Shown one piece after another: positions 58,680-60,000 of a stretch of DNA of 60,000 bases (the stretch's first letter is position 1; every line of letters begins with the position of its first letter). A program made the position numbers and the translations under genes. The stretch spans positions 684,001 through 744,000 of the forward strand of contig MU054338.1 in the NCBI GenBank assembly GCA_013239625.1, given 5' to 3'. The notes below the pieces were generated by a model. The model did no database searches. It had not been told where the DNA came from and saw only the letters and a list, made by a program, of their open reading frames with translations. This stretch comes from Lama guanicoe (lineage: Eukaryota).

Positions 58680-59720
58680 GCCCGCCGGAACCAGAGCCAA
58701 ATCCGTATTTTCTGAAACGACTAAAACGGAACATCGCAACCGCCCCTTGCACGGAGGCTCCCCCGGTGTTTCGGGCCACTCGGGGCCGAAAGGGGCCGCA
58801 AGGGGACCACAGCGACCTTGTTCACGGGACCCCGAGCCGCGCGCCATCAGCCCGACCCCGCCGTGTCGGACACGCAAACTTCCCCAAACCAGGGGCCGGG
58901 GTGTCTGGGGCGCCACGCTGCACACCCGAGACCGGCCCCGTCCGTAAACCGACAGCAGAACAAGGGGGGAGGCGCGCAGCCACGGCTGCTCCCGCCTCGC
59001 CGCGCACCGACGCACCCCTCCGCTTGGGCGCGCGGGCCGCTGCGCTCGGGTCTCAGGCCGGCCCTGGGAACCCTGGCGGGCCGTGGAAGGTTCTGGAAGG
59101 CGCTCCAGGTTCTCCGAGGGCCCGGGCCGGGAGGAGCCTCGAGGGGCCTGGAGAGGCAGAGGCGGGGAGGGAGGCGCCGGGCGCCGAGGGCGGGGCGCAC
59201 ACCCAGCGGGGGCCGGGCCCTCAGGGCCTCGCGCGGGCGCGGCCGGGAACATGGAAGCCCCCGCCATCGTCGCCCAACTTGCGCCCGCCCGGCCGTCAGT
59301 CAGACTCGCGCGCGCGCACCCGCCCGCCCGTCAGTCAGCGCCCGGCCGGGCGGAAGGGGCGGGGCCGCGGCGCGGGCGCGGGCTCCCCATTGGCCAACTG
59401 TGGGGGCGGTGCTTGGCCACGCCGCGAGGCTGGCCCCGCCCCCGGCCCGCGGGAGCGGCGGCGGCGGCGGCGGCGGCGTTGGAGGCGGTGAGCGCGGGCG
59501 CGGGCGGCGGCGCTTGGGGCCGCGCGGGTGCGACCGCCGTTGGGTCGCCGCGGCCTCGTCGCCCTCCGCGCCAGGCTTGGGACGCCGTGCTGGGGAGGCC
59601 GGGCGCCCGGTGAGCCCGGCGGTCTGCACCCCTCGGGTCGGCCGGGCGGGGGCTGAGGCGGCGGGGCCGGGCCTGGGGGGAGGGGCGGACCTCGAAGGAG
59701 GCTCCCCGTGACCCCTGCCT
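58680..59720 (+). promoter_or_regulatory. CpG-island promoter of the next gene, probably PWWP3A (MUM1)
   Basis: Dense CpG, GC box GGGGCGGGG near 59356, reverse CCAAT (ATTGG) at 59389-59393; identity inferred only from EFNA2-PWWP3A adjacency in human, no coding sequence in the window. Confidence 0.7.
59445..59609 (+). other. Putative non-coding first exon(s) with (GCG)8 and two GTGAGC splice donors
   Basis: (GCG)8 at 59455-59478; donors GCG|GTGAGC at 59487/59488 and CCG|GTGAGC at 59609/59610; no ATG in the interval. Confidence 0.55.
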
Positions 59721-59930
59721 CTGCTCGCTGAACCCCCTCCGTCGCTGTCTGAACCCCTGCTTACCTGCCTGAACCCCACCTCTACTCCCCGACCCCCACT
59801 TCTGCCTGTCACCCCTCTGCTGCCTAAACCCTCATCTCAGTTCCCTCAACCCCTCTGCTGCCTGAACCCCCACCTCTGCTTCCTCAACCTGCTTTGCTAA
59901 CTAGACCCCGCTCCTGCTGTGGCGACCCCC
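59708..59930 (+). repeat. Degenerate C-rich minisatellite-like tract (CTCTGCTGCCTGAACCCC-like units)
   Basis: Recurring CTGAACCCC and CCTCTGCT at roughly 20-25 bp spacing. Confidence 0.65.
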
Positions 59931-60000
59931 CGTTTGCATAGTTGCACCCCCTCCCCGCCCCCAGCTGCTTTTCTATCACCAGCCAGACCAGCCGTCCCTA

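Noticed and set aside
58644..59812. ORFs of 170-297 aa in the terminal CpG island
   Set aside because: Low-complexity GC artefacts with no PWWP or other recognisable protein sequence

Overview
GC-rich eutherian genomic DNA, most likely from a camelid, because it carries seven tRNA-Ala-derived SINEs resembling the camelid Vic-1 family. It holds the complete four-exon ephrin-A2 gene (EFNA2, + strand; CDS 563-705, 10107-10420, 12306-12371, 12784-12905; 645 nt, 214 aa) with a CpG-island promoter and a polyA signal at 14173. About 44 kb of intergenic DNA follows, rich in old L1M, L2, MIR, MLT1 and MER20 relics and short motif-dense AT-rich islands that may be enhancers. The window ends in a second CpG-island promoter and non-coding first exon, probably PWWP3A/MUM1 by synteny. 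Apart from frames overlapping the EFNA2 exons, the six-frame ORFs look like GC-content artefacts. The most unusual signal is that three separate sets of ancient L1M-type relics are near-identical to each other (up to 91/93 nt, 16 kb apart) while sharing GC-shifted departures from the ancestral L1 sequence. That suggests ectopic GC-biased gene conversion or a lineage-specific re-amplification. Other candidates: a REST/RE1 site just past EFNA2, an RFX/NR4A/SOX element, a TSD-flanked solo poly-A insertion and a possible hAT transposase fossil. Repeat family names and human comparisons are from memory, and repeat boundaries are approximate.
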